In this document: positions 13,350-25,971 of the stretch, piece by piece | How the letters are laid out: every line of letters begins with the position of its first letter | How positions within the stretch are numbered: position 1 is the first letter of the stretch | Assembly: GCF_006345805.1 (NCBI RefSeq) | Contig: NC_043013.1 | Location: forward strand, 55,366,001 to 55,430,000 | Reading direction: 5' to 3' | DNA: 64,000 nt | DNA from: Octopus sinensis | Lineage: Eukaryota | Notes under the pieces: generated by a model | Seen by the model: only the letters and a program-made list of their open reading frames with translations | Databases searched by the model: none | What the model was told of the DNA's origin: nothing | Program-made: the position numbers and the translations under genes

Positions 13350-14330
13350 ATATAAGTTGAATTCAACATAAACTGGTCTATTATAATGAAAACCACTCCA
13401 TATAAGACACATACCAGAAAGTGTAAGTTATGTACTAAGGAAGCAATTAGTATACTTCCTACAGATAAAAAAAATCTTAACAAAATCTCTGACATTATAA
13501 TTGCATGTAGACATAAGTACTTATCTACATTTAAATTCTTCAGAAAATGATTAGATCAAAATTTTGAACTTACAAACATGGATTTATCTCAAATAACTTA
13601 TAAGATTTTAGTCTCCACCTTCAGTTCATTTCATTTGACTTAGCATCTGAAAACGAAACAAATTTTTATAAATGTTTAAACATAAAATTCCTATATATTT
13701 TTGATATTTTAATTCATTGATATATTATTTTTAATGATCTAAGTTCTGAGTTTGAACCTGTCAACCTTCTCACTTAAGCAATTTTTTGTCTCAAGCGATT
13801 TTTATAAATTCTTAATCAAATTATTAACATTGGATGATATTTAAAAATTTTTCCGTAGCCAAAGTTTGGAGTTGATCCCATCTATCTTCCACATGCATGA
13901 ACTCACCCTAAAATTGATCATCAATAATCTAATAGTTTATTTAAAAGTTTAACTTAGGTTTAATTTGAACCATTCATGTCCCTCCTCTAACAGGAACAAT
14001 ATGCTCCATTGATTCAACATCTGTAATTTAAGGAAAATTCATATATTTTTAGGATTTTTTACAATTCTTTTTAAAAATTTAATATTACCTTAAAACACTT
14101 TAAAATTCTATAATATTTTGAACTCTTTTAGAACCTTAATATACCTCTGATGAGAGAAATGTGGTCAATTGTTATGGATGGAAAACTTGCCCACTTCAAA
14201 CCACAATTTTTCGAAATAAGCATGAAAATATGTACTCAATAAAGAATCATTCTAATTCTTCGTATATGAGCACTCCTTGAATTCCTAACTCAAATTCTTA
14301 ATATTTGAATGCTTAACACTGAATGTTTTA
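13350..14330 (+). mobile_element. 3' fragment of a Penelope-like element: GIY-YIG C-terminal part plus 3' UTR with a decayed hammerhead
   Basis: 13359-13550 reads EFNINWSIIMKTTPYKTHTRKCKLCTKEAISILPTDKKNLNKISDIIIACRHKYLSTFKFFRK* (W.I..Y..CxLC..E..LNK...CRH pattern). CTGATGA at 14147 and GAAA at 14213 are joined by a long stem. The 3' boundary is approximate. Confidence 0.7.
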
Positions 14331-15479
14331 ATGCAGGTACATTTATGTTTCATACGGTTTCATGATTTGTGTGTCTGTACTTGAAATGATACTGTATAAG
14401 AAGCGATTTAATTCGATAAAGGGACCTAACCTTAGAAATTTCTTCTCCATTCTTGCTTATATTCTTATTGCTCCTGAAGAGTGGTAATGAGTTGTGCTGT
14501 ATTAAAGGATATCCTTTTGATATGCTTCTCATAATCATATATATATATATATATATATATGTATATGTATTACTTAGATACAGCAACACTAATAACCTGG
14601 TGTTAGAACTCAGCATTTTTGAAGCTGTAAGGAAGGTACATGATGATGCACATGCCGTCATCTTATAGCAGAAACAGCTTTGTGCTAATGAAGGTCAATG
14701 CATAATATCCAGTTCCTTCGTTGTTTAATTTCATATATATATATTTACACACAGGCACACATACATGGACATACACACATTAAGACGTTCAAGATACAAA
14801 AATACATATCGGGGTTGACCTTACCAACAAAAATCTTTGCAATGTTCTTTTCCCAAGTAAATATAAAATACACAATTGATTATGTCTGAATGCAGTCTCT
14901 GGCAATAATCATGGCAACCTTGTTAATTTATTTCTCTTTAAGCTTATTAACGGTCGTTGTACATGTGTGGACATTTATTAGAGAAAACCACTTGTAGTAA
15001 TTTAGTAATTAGGAAATAGCATTGATGAGTCAAATCATTCTCAATTAGGTAATAAAAGAATAATTTTTTATTGCTTCTTGATTTTTTTTTTCATCAAAAT
15101 ATCTTTGGATACAAATATCTTTAAGATACAAATATAAGAACCGACTTTCGGTTTTAGTGAAATGGCATTATTGATGGATATTGCAGTATCTCAAGTGACT
15201 GAATCGCATCATTTTGTTCACTCTCTCTTCCACCTTTATAAACTAACCAATCAAATCCAATCATATTTTATTAAATTTGACAGACTAGTTACCGTCATCT
15301 TTGAGCAGTTTCTTCATATGGTTTCAGCTGCTTCTTTTCATGTAACCATGACTATCAGTTCCTTCATAATATCTTAAGCATAGGATCTTATATTTTTGTG
15401 GTTTTTAATAAAATTCATTTTATCAGTTCTGGAATACTTCAAGGTTTGGCTATGTCTCTCATACTATTTTTTCTTTCCT

Positions 15480-16450
15480 TATATGTGAATGATGTACAAA
15501 TTAACACTTTACACAACAAATTCTCCTAACCAGATATCAATCTTCACACTTCAACAATCTTCTTCACAGAGATGTCATCACTTTATGTTGTAAATCCACC
15601 CTGCCTTGCCTTTATAAAATGAAACCTTAAGAACGGCTTTCAAATGGTATGTGGTAACCTTGTCTCCTAGAACGACACAGAGACAACATTCACTAGCAAA
15701 TGTGAAGGACACAGTCTTGTTCTTGATCTGCTCAAAAATCCTACAGATGCTAAGACCCCATGGTTTCTGATGATCTCACAGCAACTTTACATAGATAACA
15801 TTGCCAAAACTGCATCACAACGAGGAGAGAAAATATTTGAGTTTCAATCAGTTTATACTCTCAAAAAAATCCCTGCTAACATTCTGTTTAGATATGGCTT
15901 AGATGTGTTTGACTGCACAAGTAACAATAGATATGGCTCAGCTGCCTTGGATAATCAAACAATGCCACCCACCTCAGCGATAAAAAAAACTCACATATCT
16001 CAATTCTTGGCTCTCTCTTCATCATGTATTCCATTGTTCTCTGCTCTTCTGAACAAGCTAGATATTGACACTAACCGTCTAGTTTTACTCAACAGAGACC
16101 ACCCACCCCTTCCCCTCTCTCTTTTTCTCTCTCTCTCTCTCTCTCCAACATCTTCATTTCTTTTCTCAAATTTCCAAACATATACTTTTGACAACCATTC
16201 CTCTTCAGAACTGCCATTCTACAGGAATTCCCTCACCAGTTCTGTTCTTGCAGATACCAACTAACAGATATATAACTGAATGGTCAACATCAAACTCAAC
16301 CATAAAAAAGGGACTGACAGCGGTCAAGAGCACTGATGGCCATTATCCTAATTCTTGTGACAATATTTCTGAGTGGAATGGTTATCTCAGGAACAGATTT
16401 TTGGACAACGTTCCTACCTCATCGCATGTGTTTCATTACTTTAACCTTTT
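15480..16450 (+). mobile_element. Highly degenerate CR1-group LINE RT/C-terminal fragment
   Basis: ORF 15770..16264 has YIDNIAKTASQR and FYRNSLTSSVL, resembling the H...IAK.AS and LWNSLP..VF motifs. Heavily disrupted. Confidence 0.45.
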
Positions 16451-16657
16451 AACTGCATAATTAAATTTCATGGTCATTCCTGAGTTGATGTTGGTCATCC
16501 AAAAAGAAATAGAATTAGTATTTTCTGTTACATTGCTTCATAATATACACAATATATGGCAACAGATGATAGATTGGTATATAAAATCATTTTCTGTAGT
16601 TAACAGTCATAAAGTTTTGAGTAGATATATCTAAGCATTAAAAGCTTTAGATTAAAT

Positions 16658-16988
16658 CAGCAGTTCCATGTGGCCCCTGAGGGCCCATAATAAGATTTTG
16701 TGGGGTCCATGCAACAAAATAGTAAATTGGTGATCAACAATAGTGTTTTAAGGGCCTCTGAAAAAGTTTTGCTTTATGTGTATGTGTTGCTATGTTAGAG
16801 AAAGCAACATCTAGGTTTCTTTCTCTTATGCTTTACATTGTTCAACCTACACAAGCAAAAGAAAATAGGAATTTTGAAAGAAGTATCTATAAAACTAGTT
16901 TATAAACACGGAATGTCTATAGGGGTCCACCAGAATAAAATAATAAACGAAAGGGTCTGTGGATACAAAAATACTTGAGAACACTCTG
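16658..16988. mobile_element. Degenerate hAT/Charlie-like MITE
   Basis: Left CAGCAGTTCC..., right ...TTGAGAACACTCTG, with subterminal GGGGTCC/GGCCCC motifs. Confidence 0.45.
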
Positions 16989-18145
16989 TGTAATTAGATA
17001 ATAGGTTTAAGGCATTCTGGATTGGTATGTAGAAAGTGAAAGACATGTAATCTTCACCATTTTCTGAACTGTACAGAAACCACAAAAACTCTGCTGATCA
17101 GATCTTGCATCAGAAAATGACAGTAACCAACCAGGCAAATATCAAGAAAGGAATTAATTCATAAATAAATGGAGATGAAGAAAAAGACCAGAGTTGATGT
17201 GAGGGAGCAAAATGGAGTGATTGATAGTTTGGTTATTTTGGCCCGCTCTCATAAAACACTTTTGTCATTCTTTGAGGCAAAACTGGAGTCAAAAGAAAAC
17301 CAAAGACAAAGCAACAAGTGCTTTTCCTAGTTTCCCAGGAGTGTAGTTTGGATTAATCCAAACACCAGGTCTTCACAGATGTGACATATTTTTTGTGAAG
17401 AAAGGTAAGATTTTTGTTGTAAAGAAACAATAACACTATTCCATTAACCTTGCTTTCACAGCTAAACAAAGTATTTACCGAATTCCAATATAATTTTAAT
17501 AGGAAGACATTAATAAATTTTCTAACAAGAATGGTTTTAGGATAATATAATCTGAGTCTCAAAGATAATTTCAATTTAGACAGCAAAACTATGAAGTAAT
17601 TCTGAATATTTTTGTTGAGCTTTTGTTGGGACTGTTGTTGTTTTTTTTATTTACTCGAAGGAATTACAAATCTGCAGTGGTAATAAAAATGAAATTGTTT
17701 TATTAGTGTGTTTTATCGATTAGTGATGTTAGCGTGATGTTTATATGTGAAAATCTAATAAAGTTATTAAAAGCAACATGCAAATCACGGTAGTGTGAAT
17801 ACATGTGCAAGATAATTTAATTGAATTCACACTCAGTATATATTAATAACTTCACATATTGCTTTGAAATGTAATAGGAGAAATATGTATGTTATTCTTT
17901 CTATTTATTTATTTTGCAAAGTCTTCACATACAGAAACCCAAACACATCAGATATATTATTCAAATCATTTACAAACTACACACTTTAATTCAGTTTGGA
18001 AATAAGAAATTTTTCATAAAAATATGCACAACTTAAAGAAAACCACAAAACTCTACAGTCTTGAATTCTGGATCGAACCATTGAGAAATAACTTCATTAT
18101 CTTTCTAGAACAATCCTTTACGAAACAATGAATAGTTAAAATGTT

Positions 18146-18167
18146 ATCATCATCATCATCATCATCG

Positions 18168-18199
<32 letters not shown>

Positions 18200-18540
18200 G
18201 TTTAATGTCCGCTTTCCATGCTAGCATGGGTTGGACGTATGACTGAGGGCTGGCAAACCAGATGGCTGCACAAGGCTCCAGCCTTGATTTGGCAGAGTTT
18301 CTACAGATGGATGTTTTTACGTGCCACTGGCATGGGGGCCAGTCAGGTGGTACTGTCAACGACCTTGCTCGAATCTTTTTACACATGCCAACAGCACAGG
18401 TGCTAGTAAAGCAATGCTGGTAACGATCCCGCTCGAATGGTGCCCCTTACTTGCCACCAGCAAAGCCAGTTAGCCGCTCTGGCAATGATCCCACTCGGAT
18501 GGTGCTCTTAGCACCCTACTAGCACAGGGCACAAGTGCCC
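18146..18540 (-). mobile_element. RTE LINE 3' UTR fragment with (GAT)n tail
   Basis: Reverse complement of CCAACCCATGCTAGCATGGAAAGCGGAC.TTAAACGATGATG plus the tandem units seen at 55920-56200. Confidence 0.8.
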
Positions 18541-19029
18541 AATATTAAATGTGTGTTGTTTAATGCAGTGAAATGGCAGAAATGTTAGCATGTTGGGCTG
18601 AATGCTCAGCTGCATTTCATCTGTCTTCATGTTCTGGTTTCATATTCTGCAGGTGTCGAATTAGACTTTCATTCTTTTGGGGTTGATAGAATAAGTTCCA
18701 GTTATCCACTGCAGTTGATGTAGGTGACTCACCCATTCCCCCAAAATTGCTGCCCATGTGCTACAATTTTAAATCAGCATCAAATCTGTGTGGATTATAA
18801 TTCGACTTGTGACTAGGATTAACTAATCCGGTGTCAGTTTCAAACAAAGATACAATTCTGATTCATAAATGTTTTGGTGAGTAAATATCTGAACAAAAAA
18901 AAAAAAATCAAAGAACAAAGCTGCTTAGAGTTAAATATGTAATCAGTATATTAATTCATTCTTAGTAGCAGAAAATTATGAAAGTGTTTCCAAAGAAATT
19001 AAGTCAGCTGTAAATCTTATGTTCTGAAA

Positions 19030-19700
19030 CATTAATTTCTTATTATAAAATTGCTGTTTAGTTTTAAAATGTCTTTGTAATCCTGTGATTCCAAATTTGG
19101 AATCACTGAATGGCATTTTGGATAAGTGTATTCTTGATTTGGAGTGGAACCAGAATGACAGAAACTGTGCAAAACAAAGGAATTGGGAGTAAAGAATAGT
19201 ATTCTTAATGAGGGAAGGGCAAGAGGAGAAAAAAAATCAAGGTAGAAGTAAGGATTGAAGTGTTTGTGGAATTCAGTTGCAATGAGGGAATGGTTGATGT
19301 GGTCGATGGAGACAGAGAAATATCCAGAGAAACTGATGATGGCTTTAGAGATGAGAGAAAAGAATTCTAGGGATGGATGAAAGGAGATGAGTAAATGAGA
19401 AGGTGTTGTTTGTGAGAGAAGCAAACAATATTAATTCAGTTGTCTCTGTAGCAACCATATAAAGTGGGAAAGAATTTGGGCCTTGACGCAGTCATTGAAG
19501 GGGTTGGTGCAGGTGAAGCCCATCCTCAATCTTATAACTTTACTATTTATCTGTTGATATAGACATCGCATCCAAAAGCTAAGCAGTTCAAACACTGGAG
19601 CAGCCAGGCTGCACAGACTGGAAGTAATGAGTTTGAGAGTGGTGTGATGTTTGAGGAAGTATGAGAAGCACAAACGATTATGAGGGAATGAGAGTATAGA
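19030..19700 (-). mobile_element. Possible very old LINE endonuclease fragment
   Basis: Disrupted ORFs with weak APE-like remnants (e.g. SIDHINHSLI). Confidence 0.3.
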
Positions 19701-19862
19701 GGAATCAGATATCTATATATAAACACACACACATTGTATGCATGTGTGTCTGTATATGTGTATATAACCTTCTCTCTTTCACTCCCTTTCTATGTATATA
19801 TATGTGTGCGTGCATTCGTATATGTATGCATACATATATAGATGTATGTGTTTGTGTGAGAG

Positions 19863-19906
<44 letters not shown>

Positions 19907-20423
19907 CAGAGACAGACAGACAGACAGAGAGAAAGAGAGAGATAAAATGTAGGTAGTTGCACTCCCATATAAAGTGAAATCTGTCCCATATATTCCAAAT
20001 TTTTCAAGTGATATTTAACCTAAATATATCAATAATCATTATTTTGCAATAATCAATTCTCAGAACCATCTTCCTTTATCTTTAGCATCGTTCTTTCCCT
20101 TCATACAAACAAAGATGAAGATAAATGCATGCAGCCATGAAACTTCTGCTCTATTTATTCTTTTACGTATGAAGATTTCATTCACTTGGATGTTAGTTGT
20201 TGTTATGGTTGTGATGTTGTTTGGCTCCAGGTTAATCCTGATTGAGCACAGACCTATGATCGAATACAATCCAACCATGACCGTTCCCTCATTTAAGATA
20301 CGTATTATGACATTTCTTAATGTGTCTCTTTCCTTATTTAATATGGCAGCAGGTGATTTGAGTGAGATTTGACTGCCATGTGTAGCAGGTGAAGTAAATA
20401 TGTTGAGGATCTTTCATTAGCCT

Positions 20424-20451
20424 GTGTAGTAGTAGTAGTAGTAGTAGTAGT

Positions 20452-20525
<74 letters not shown>

Positions 20526-20553
20526 CAGCAGCAGCAGCAGTTGCTGTTGTTGT
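20424..20553. repeat. Alternating (TAG)n/(CAG)n trinucleotide microsatellite
   Basis: Blocks of TAG, CAG, TAG, CAG. Confidence 0.95.
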
Positions 20554-22452
20554 TTAACGTTATGTCAACTTTGTTTGAGCACATGTATGGTGAAAGATGT
20601 GCCATTCAGGAGCTTCTCATCTTTTTGTCTATCAGAGACTATTTTCTTCAGTGTATTTCTCCTTATTTAAGGAGATAAAGTGATTTGAGGAAGATTTTGT
20701 TGCTATTTTTAGCTAGTCAATTAACCATGAGATCAGCAACAATTCTTTTTAAAATGGTCCACTCCCAATTTTCCTTCACATCTGCCTATGGCCCACATGT
20801 ATATTATATTATACCTGACATATATGATATAAATAAAAAGATCCTGTATATCTCCCACCTATTTCCATTATTTGCAATGCTTCTAGGACCTCCATCAGTC
20901 AAAGTCAATCAGGATTCTATAAATATTCACAGACTGAGACAAGTCTTTTTTGAGAAAGAAAGATTGTCTCCCCTTCCTATTCCTTCAATGATTTTCCCAA
21001 GGAAATGTTTGTCAACTTGGACTGATACTCTTTAGCACCAGTGTCATCAAAAAAATTGCTGTCAGAACGCAAAGAACCAAACTTATATCACAAAGCAGCC
21101 AGTTCAATCCTCTAACAGTTCTGACAATCCACTGCCCTAAATTGGTAATTTTTTGCTGACTCCAAAAAGATGGAAGGACTCAAAATGATGGAATATTAAA
21201 TCAACCTCAGTACCTGACTGCTATTCATTTCATTGATCCTAGAGTGGAGAAAATCAAAGTTGATCATTCAAAGATTTGAACTCAGAATGCAAACAGCTTT
21301 AACTAAATACAGCTGAGTCCAAGGTGCTAATGTTTCTGCCAAGACACTGCCTTTTTAATAAAGACACCACAAGGCTTCAGAACATTGTCAATTATTTCAC
21401 CCCCAATAATCAACTGGTAAAGGTAAAGTCTATTTTAGAAGGATTTGGAATCAGATATTTTAAACCATTACTCTGCAGGTTCTGCAAATCCACTGTTTCT
21501 AAAAGAGAACAAACCAACACAGACAATCTGTTAATGAGAAATATCGAAAGTACAAAGCAGTCAGTCGAAATATTTCACAAAGACACTCATTTTAAACTTA
21601 TTCAATTATTGACACTTGATTTTAAACGTAAAAGTATGTTAGTCCAGTTTTGAAAGGAGAAAATGTTAACCCAGCTTTCAAAGGCAAATTGAAAACAATC
21701 TTTTTTTTTCATAGTCAGAAGGAAATAACAAGACTCTTTTATAAATATCTCAGCAGTGAACACTGGTCTACTTACCAAGATATTTTAAACTACAGAAGAA
21801 ATATTTGGGCTTTTGAACAGTGCAACTCCTACCAGTAAGGATTGGTGAGATTAAAACAGCCTGCAGCAGATAATATGCTACTGGCATTTCAAAACCATCT
21901 CTTTTGTTAAGAAAGTTTCTTGGATGCTTTTTGTTCAGGTATCTACTGGAGATCTTTGTCGAAAGAAAAGATATTGCCAGTCACGGAACAGATGAAGTAC
22001 ATTTACTAACATCCTTTCTCAATGACTACAGATGCTTTCAAATTTCATGTCTGTTTCATCTTGTACGTCTTTATAGCAGCTGAATGAGAACAGCTTTTTA
22101 TTTATCATTTTCAAGGAAATGCAGTCTAAAGACAAAACACATTCAAATATTCTATCACAATTTTAAAATATGTTAAAGAAAATTTCTCCTTAATCTTTTG
22201 GCCACACTTAAACTGACACAGCTTTTCTAGAACTCATTAGAGGCAATTAAAATTTTTCCAAATCTAATGAATGTCAAATGTAAAATAAAAAGAAAATATT
22301 TCTTTGGGGGATGAGAGTACATTTTTCAGTGTCAAATTCTTCCGAATATACATGAATTAGTCTAATTTATAGATTGTCATTCGAATCAAGGAATAATAGC
22401 ATTTCTTTTGTTTCAATCAACTTCATATTTATTGTAATACTCGTTTACTCTC

Positions 22453-22848
22453 TTTTACTTGTTTCAGTCATTTGACTGCGGCCATGCTGGAGCACCACCT
22501 TTAATCGAGCAACTCGACCCCGTGACTTATTCTTTTGTAAGCCCAGTACTTATTCTATCGGTCTCTTTTGCCAAACTGCTAAGTAACGGGGACATAAACA
22601 CACCAGCATCGGTTGTCAAGCAATGCTAGGGGGACAAACAGACACACAAACACACACACGCATATATATATATATACATATATACGACTGGCTTCTTTCA
22701 GTTTCCGTCTACCAGATCCACTCACAAGGTTTTGGTCAGCCCGAGGCTCTAGTAGAAGACACTTGCCCAAGATACCACGCAGTGGGAATGAACCCAGAAC
22801 CATGTGGTTGGTAAACAAGCTACTTACCACACAGCCACTCCTGTGCCT
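22453..22848 (-). mobile_element. SINE family B, full length
   Basis: Co-linear with 8218-8624. Confidence 0.9.
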
Positions 22849-22899
22849 ATGTTTCTGTTTTGTATATCATATCCATAAATAAATTATTTTAAAGGAGGG

Positions 22900-23386
22900 A
22901 AGTGGATTGTCTCTTTCAGGTGAATGGTTGATTATATATGATGCAGGTGTACAAACTGTGATGCAGCATGATAGTGAGATGTGAGCATTGAACGCAGAAG
23001 ATGTGTGAAGGTGGAAAGAAATGAAGGAAGCCTGATGCGTTGGATGAGTGATGAACGATGAAGCAAAGATGAGCTGAGAGAGAAAAGCATGGCAGGAATC
23101 AGATGTGACATGCAAGAGCAATGGCGGCACTAACATGGGTGATGACAGATGAATGACGAAGTGTTAGAAGATTGATGTGGAAGAAACCATCAGGGGGATG
23201 ACATATGAATGACAAAGTGTGAGAAGATTGATGTGGATGAGAAGGACTAAGAAAGACATGAACAGAAGTGGTGAAGCTGATTGCAGGAGAAAACAAAGGA
23301 GTACAACAAATAGCAGGATACTGTGATGGAAAAGACTCATCCAACCCATGCCAGCATAGAAAAACATATAAAAATGATGATGATGT
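22900..23386 (+). mobile_element. Degenerate RTE LINE 3' end with short 3' UTR and (GAT)n tail
   Basis: ELREK..GIRCDMQE-like remnant, a tandem duplication at ~23140 and ~23197, and an end CCAACCCATGCCAGCAT.GAAA...ATGATGATG. Confidence 0.6.
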
Positions 23387-24664
23387 TTCAAATAAGTAAA
23401 AAAAAGTAACTCATTTATCTAATTATTTATTAAATAGAAAAGATGCAACATGGTTAACATTCTAATATTATTGTTCTTATGTTTGGAAATGAAGGCTCCA
23501 TAAAAGATTAGTACCAATCAAAACCATAATATCTTAAATAATCCTTTACTACAAATTGTAGATTATTAAATTTGTAAATTTACACAACTTCTAGCAACTT
23601 GTAAAATAACATGAAACAAACTAAATTTCTCTTTAGGACATCTCATGAAGAAATAGAATGTAATTCACAAATTAAATTTGCTGAAATGAATTGATATTGC
23701 CCATTTTTGTGATTTATCCACACAATACTAACCCCTGGACAGGATACCACTGTATAGTATCGAAAACCTCTAATTTTCGCATTTTGAGTAAGGACAAATA
23801 TTGTAACAGTGTAGGACACAAGGGTCAATAGTTTTTCAATATCTTACCAAAAAAAAAGACCCAGATGACTATGGGATGAAGATGTATTTTATATTAGAAA
23901 AAGTACCCACTTCATGACGCAAAATACTAATATGAATGGCATTGTTCAACTTCCTACTTCTAAAATGAAATAAACAAGCGATCCTATCATTATCTGTATC
24001 CCAGCATGGCCACAGCCTCTGACTGGAACAAATAACAGAAAAATACAAAGTTTTAATTCCTTTGTATTTCACTTAAAAGCTGCAACAATGATATCTTAAC
24101 TTAGCTTCACACATAATTTGTTCAAGTCTGAGGTAATTACTTTATATGTAACTAATTCTATCAAATATTTCTTAATACCTGTAATATGTAATCAGAGACA
24201 TTAGTTGTTATCTCAGCTCATGTTGCAATGTGTTAATATCACAAACTTGTAAAGGACCAATTAGTAGATTCAGTGATAACAATTGGTAAGTAACATATAA
24301 TCAGTTATACCGTTTCAATCAACTAATATCAGAAAAAGTCTATCTTACATCTATTTTACACGAAACCAAGCAGACACCTTTCTGCTTCCGATGATTACAT
24401 CAAATATAAAGATCCACAATAATGATTAGCAAAAACATTTGATTTCTGATGATTAAACAACCATTTTATTTAACAGAGTATTATTATCAGAAGATGATCT
24501 TATGGCTGTCCGGTTAAGAAGCTCATTTTGTAACTGTGTAGTTTCTGGTTTAATCCCACCAGATGGCACTTAAGCAAGTGTTATCTGTTACAGCCTTTGG
24601 GTTAACCAAAACTTTGTGCGAGAAATTTGCTTGATGGTAACTACACACAGCTCATCATATATTA

Positions 24665-25052
24665 TGAACAGGTGGGGCTCAGAAATTTCTTCGGGATGAG
24701 TAGTCCATTCCCACTCAAACAGTCCCTGAATAAGGCTTGTTTAAAGATGTTGAATGAAACACCCATGTTTCCAGAGGTGAATTATCCAAAGCCCAAAGGA
24801 TTCCTCTCAACACATGGCTATGATGCTCCCCCACTACTTCTGCTCGTGATCAGAGATGCACATATCATCAGCCGCTAAGGGACATGCTCAACTGGTTAAG
24901 GTCAAACAACTGACAAGCAAATCTGTGGCATTGAGCAGAATATTTGCTGTAGCCCATCTTTTATACCAAAACAAAACAATGTACATGAGGACACTTCCAA
25001 TCAATTAAGATCAAAAGCCATGAGAGCCACTGCCTGGTACTGCATCAGGGCA
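24665..25052 (+). repeat. Unclassified ~390-bp repeat-like segment ending in (ATT/ATC)n, possibly a retroelement 3' UTR
   Basis: GC-richer block between a SINE head and a trinucleotide tail. Terminal CCTGGTACTGCATCAGG can form a hairpin. Confidence 0.45.
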
Positions 25053-25089
25053 TTATCATCATTATTACTATCATTACTATTATTATTAT

Positions 25090-25311
25090 TCTGAAAGATT
25101 CTCGGATCGTTCTTAATTACCGGTTATTCTTTACTTGAAAGCAGGCAATAACAAATTACCAAAGGTTTCAAGTAGTGCCTTCTCCTGTGACTCAAAGAGA
25201 CAATACTCTCCTTAGAATGTGAGCTGTTCACAACAATGCTGTCTTGTGGATCACCTTGACCCTGATAGCAGCCCCAATATTCTTAATATGTTTCTCAAAG
25301 CCCTTCAGTTC
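25090..25311 (-). mobile_element. R4/Dong-like non-LTR element, 3' end
   Basis: 25311-25192 reads ELKGFEKHIKNIGAAIRVKVIHKTALL*TAHILRRVLSL* (QK.ALLGTA.ILRRVL-type C-terminus). The 3' end abuts (TAA)n. Confidence 0.7.
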
Positions 25312-25437
25312 TGTTGAAGAGTGTAGGCTCAAAACGTAAAAGACTTTCTCACTTCCTGAGCGTTAAAATAATACTTCTGTTTGTTGTTTATACACCTATC
25401 TTCATCTTTTGTTGTGTTTTTTGTAAATTTCAACCAT
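25308..25437 (+). mobile_element. Penelope-like pLTR remnant with a minimal hammerhead-like motif
   Basis: CTGTTGA A GAGT-GTAG-GCTC AAAAC GTA AAAG. Homologous to the minus-strand copy at 34792-34950. Ends in (TA)n. Confidence 0.55.
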
Positions 25438-25810
25438 ATATATATATATATATATAGATATATATATATATATGCATATATATATATGATGGTCTTCTTT
25501 CAGTTTCCACTTACAAGATCTGGGTCTATAGTAGAATACACTTGTCCCAAGGTACCACACAATATAACTAAAATTAGAACCCTGTGGTTGGGAAGCAAAG
25601 TTCTTGCTAGTGGCATGGCAAAGCAGCCACCAGACATTGTAAAGTGATTGGCATTAGGATGGAGGCTGAGTCCTAGAAACCATTTTAAAAATGACTCTGA
25701 AGCTTGTCGGTTCCCTGTCAAACTATCCTACTCATGCCAACATTGGAAATGGTGATGACTACGAGGATGATAATGATGACATATACATGCACTTATTTCC
25801 ATACAATGAG

Positions 25811-25971
25811 TGTATACTTGTATGTGTGTATACTTGTATGTGTGTATACTTGTATGTGTGTATACTTGTATGTGTGTATACTTGTATGTGTGTATACTTG
25901 TATGTGTGTATACTTGTATGTGTGTATACTTGTATGTGTGTATACTTGTATGTGTGTATACTTGTATGTGT
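25811..25971. repeat. Perfect 16-bp minisatellite (TGTATACTTGTATGTG) x about 10
   Basis: Exact tandem unit read directly. Confidence 0.95.
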
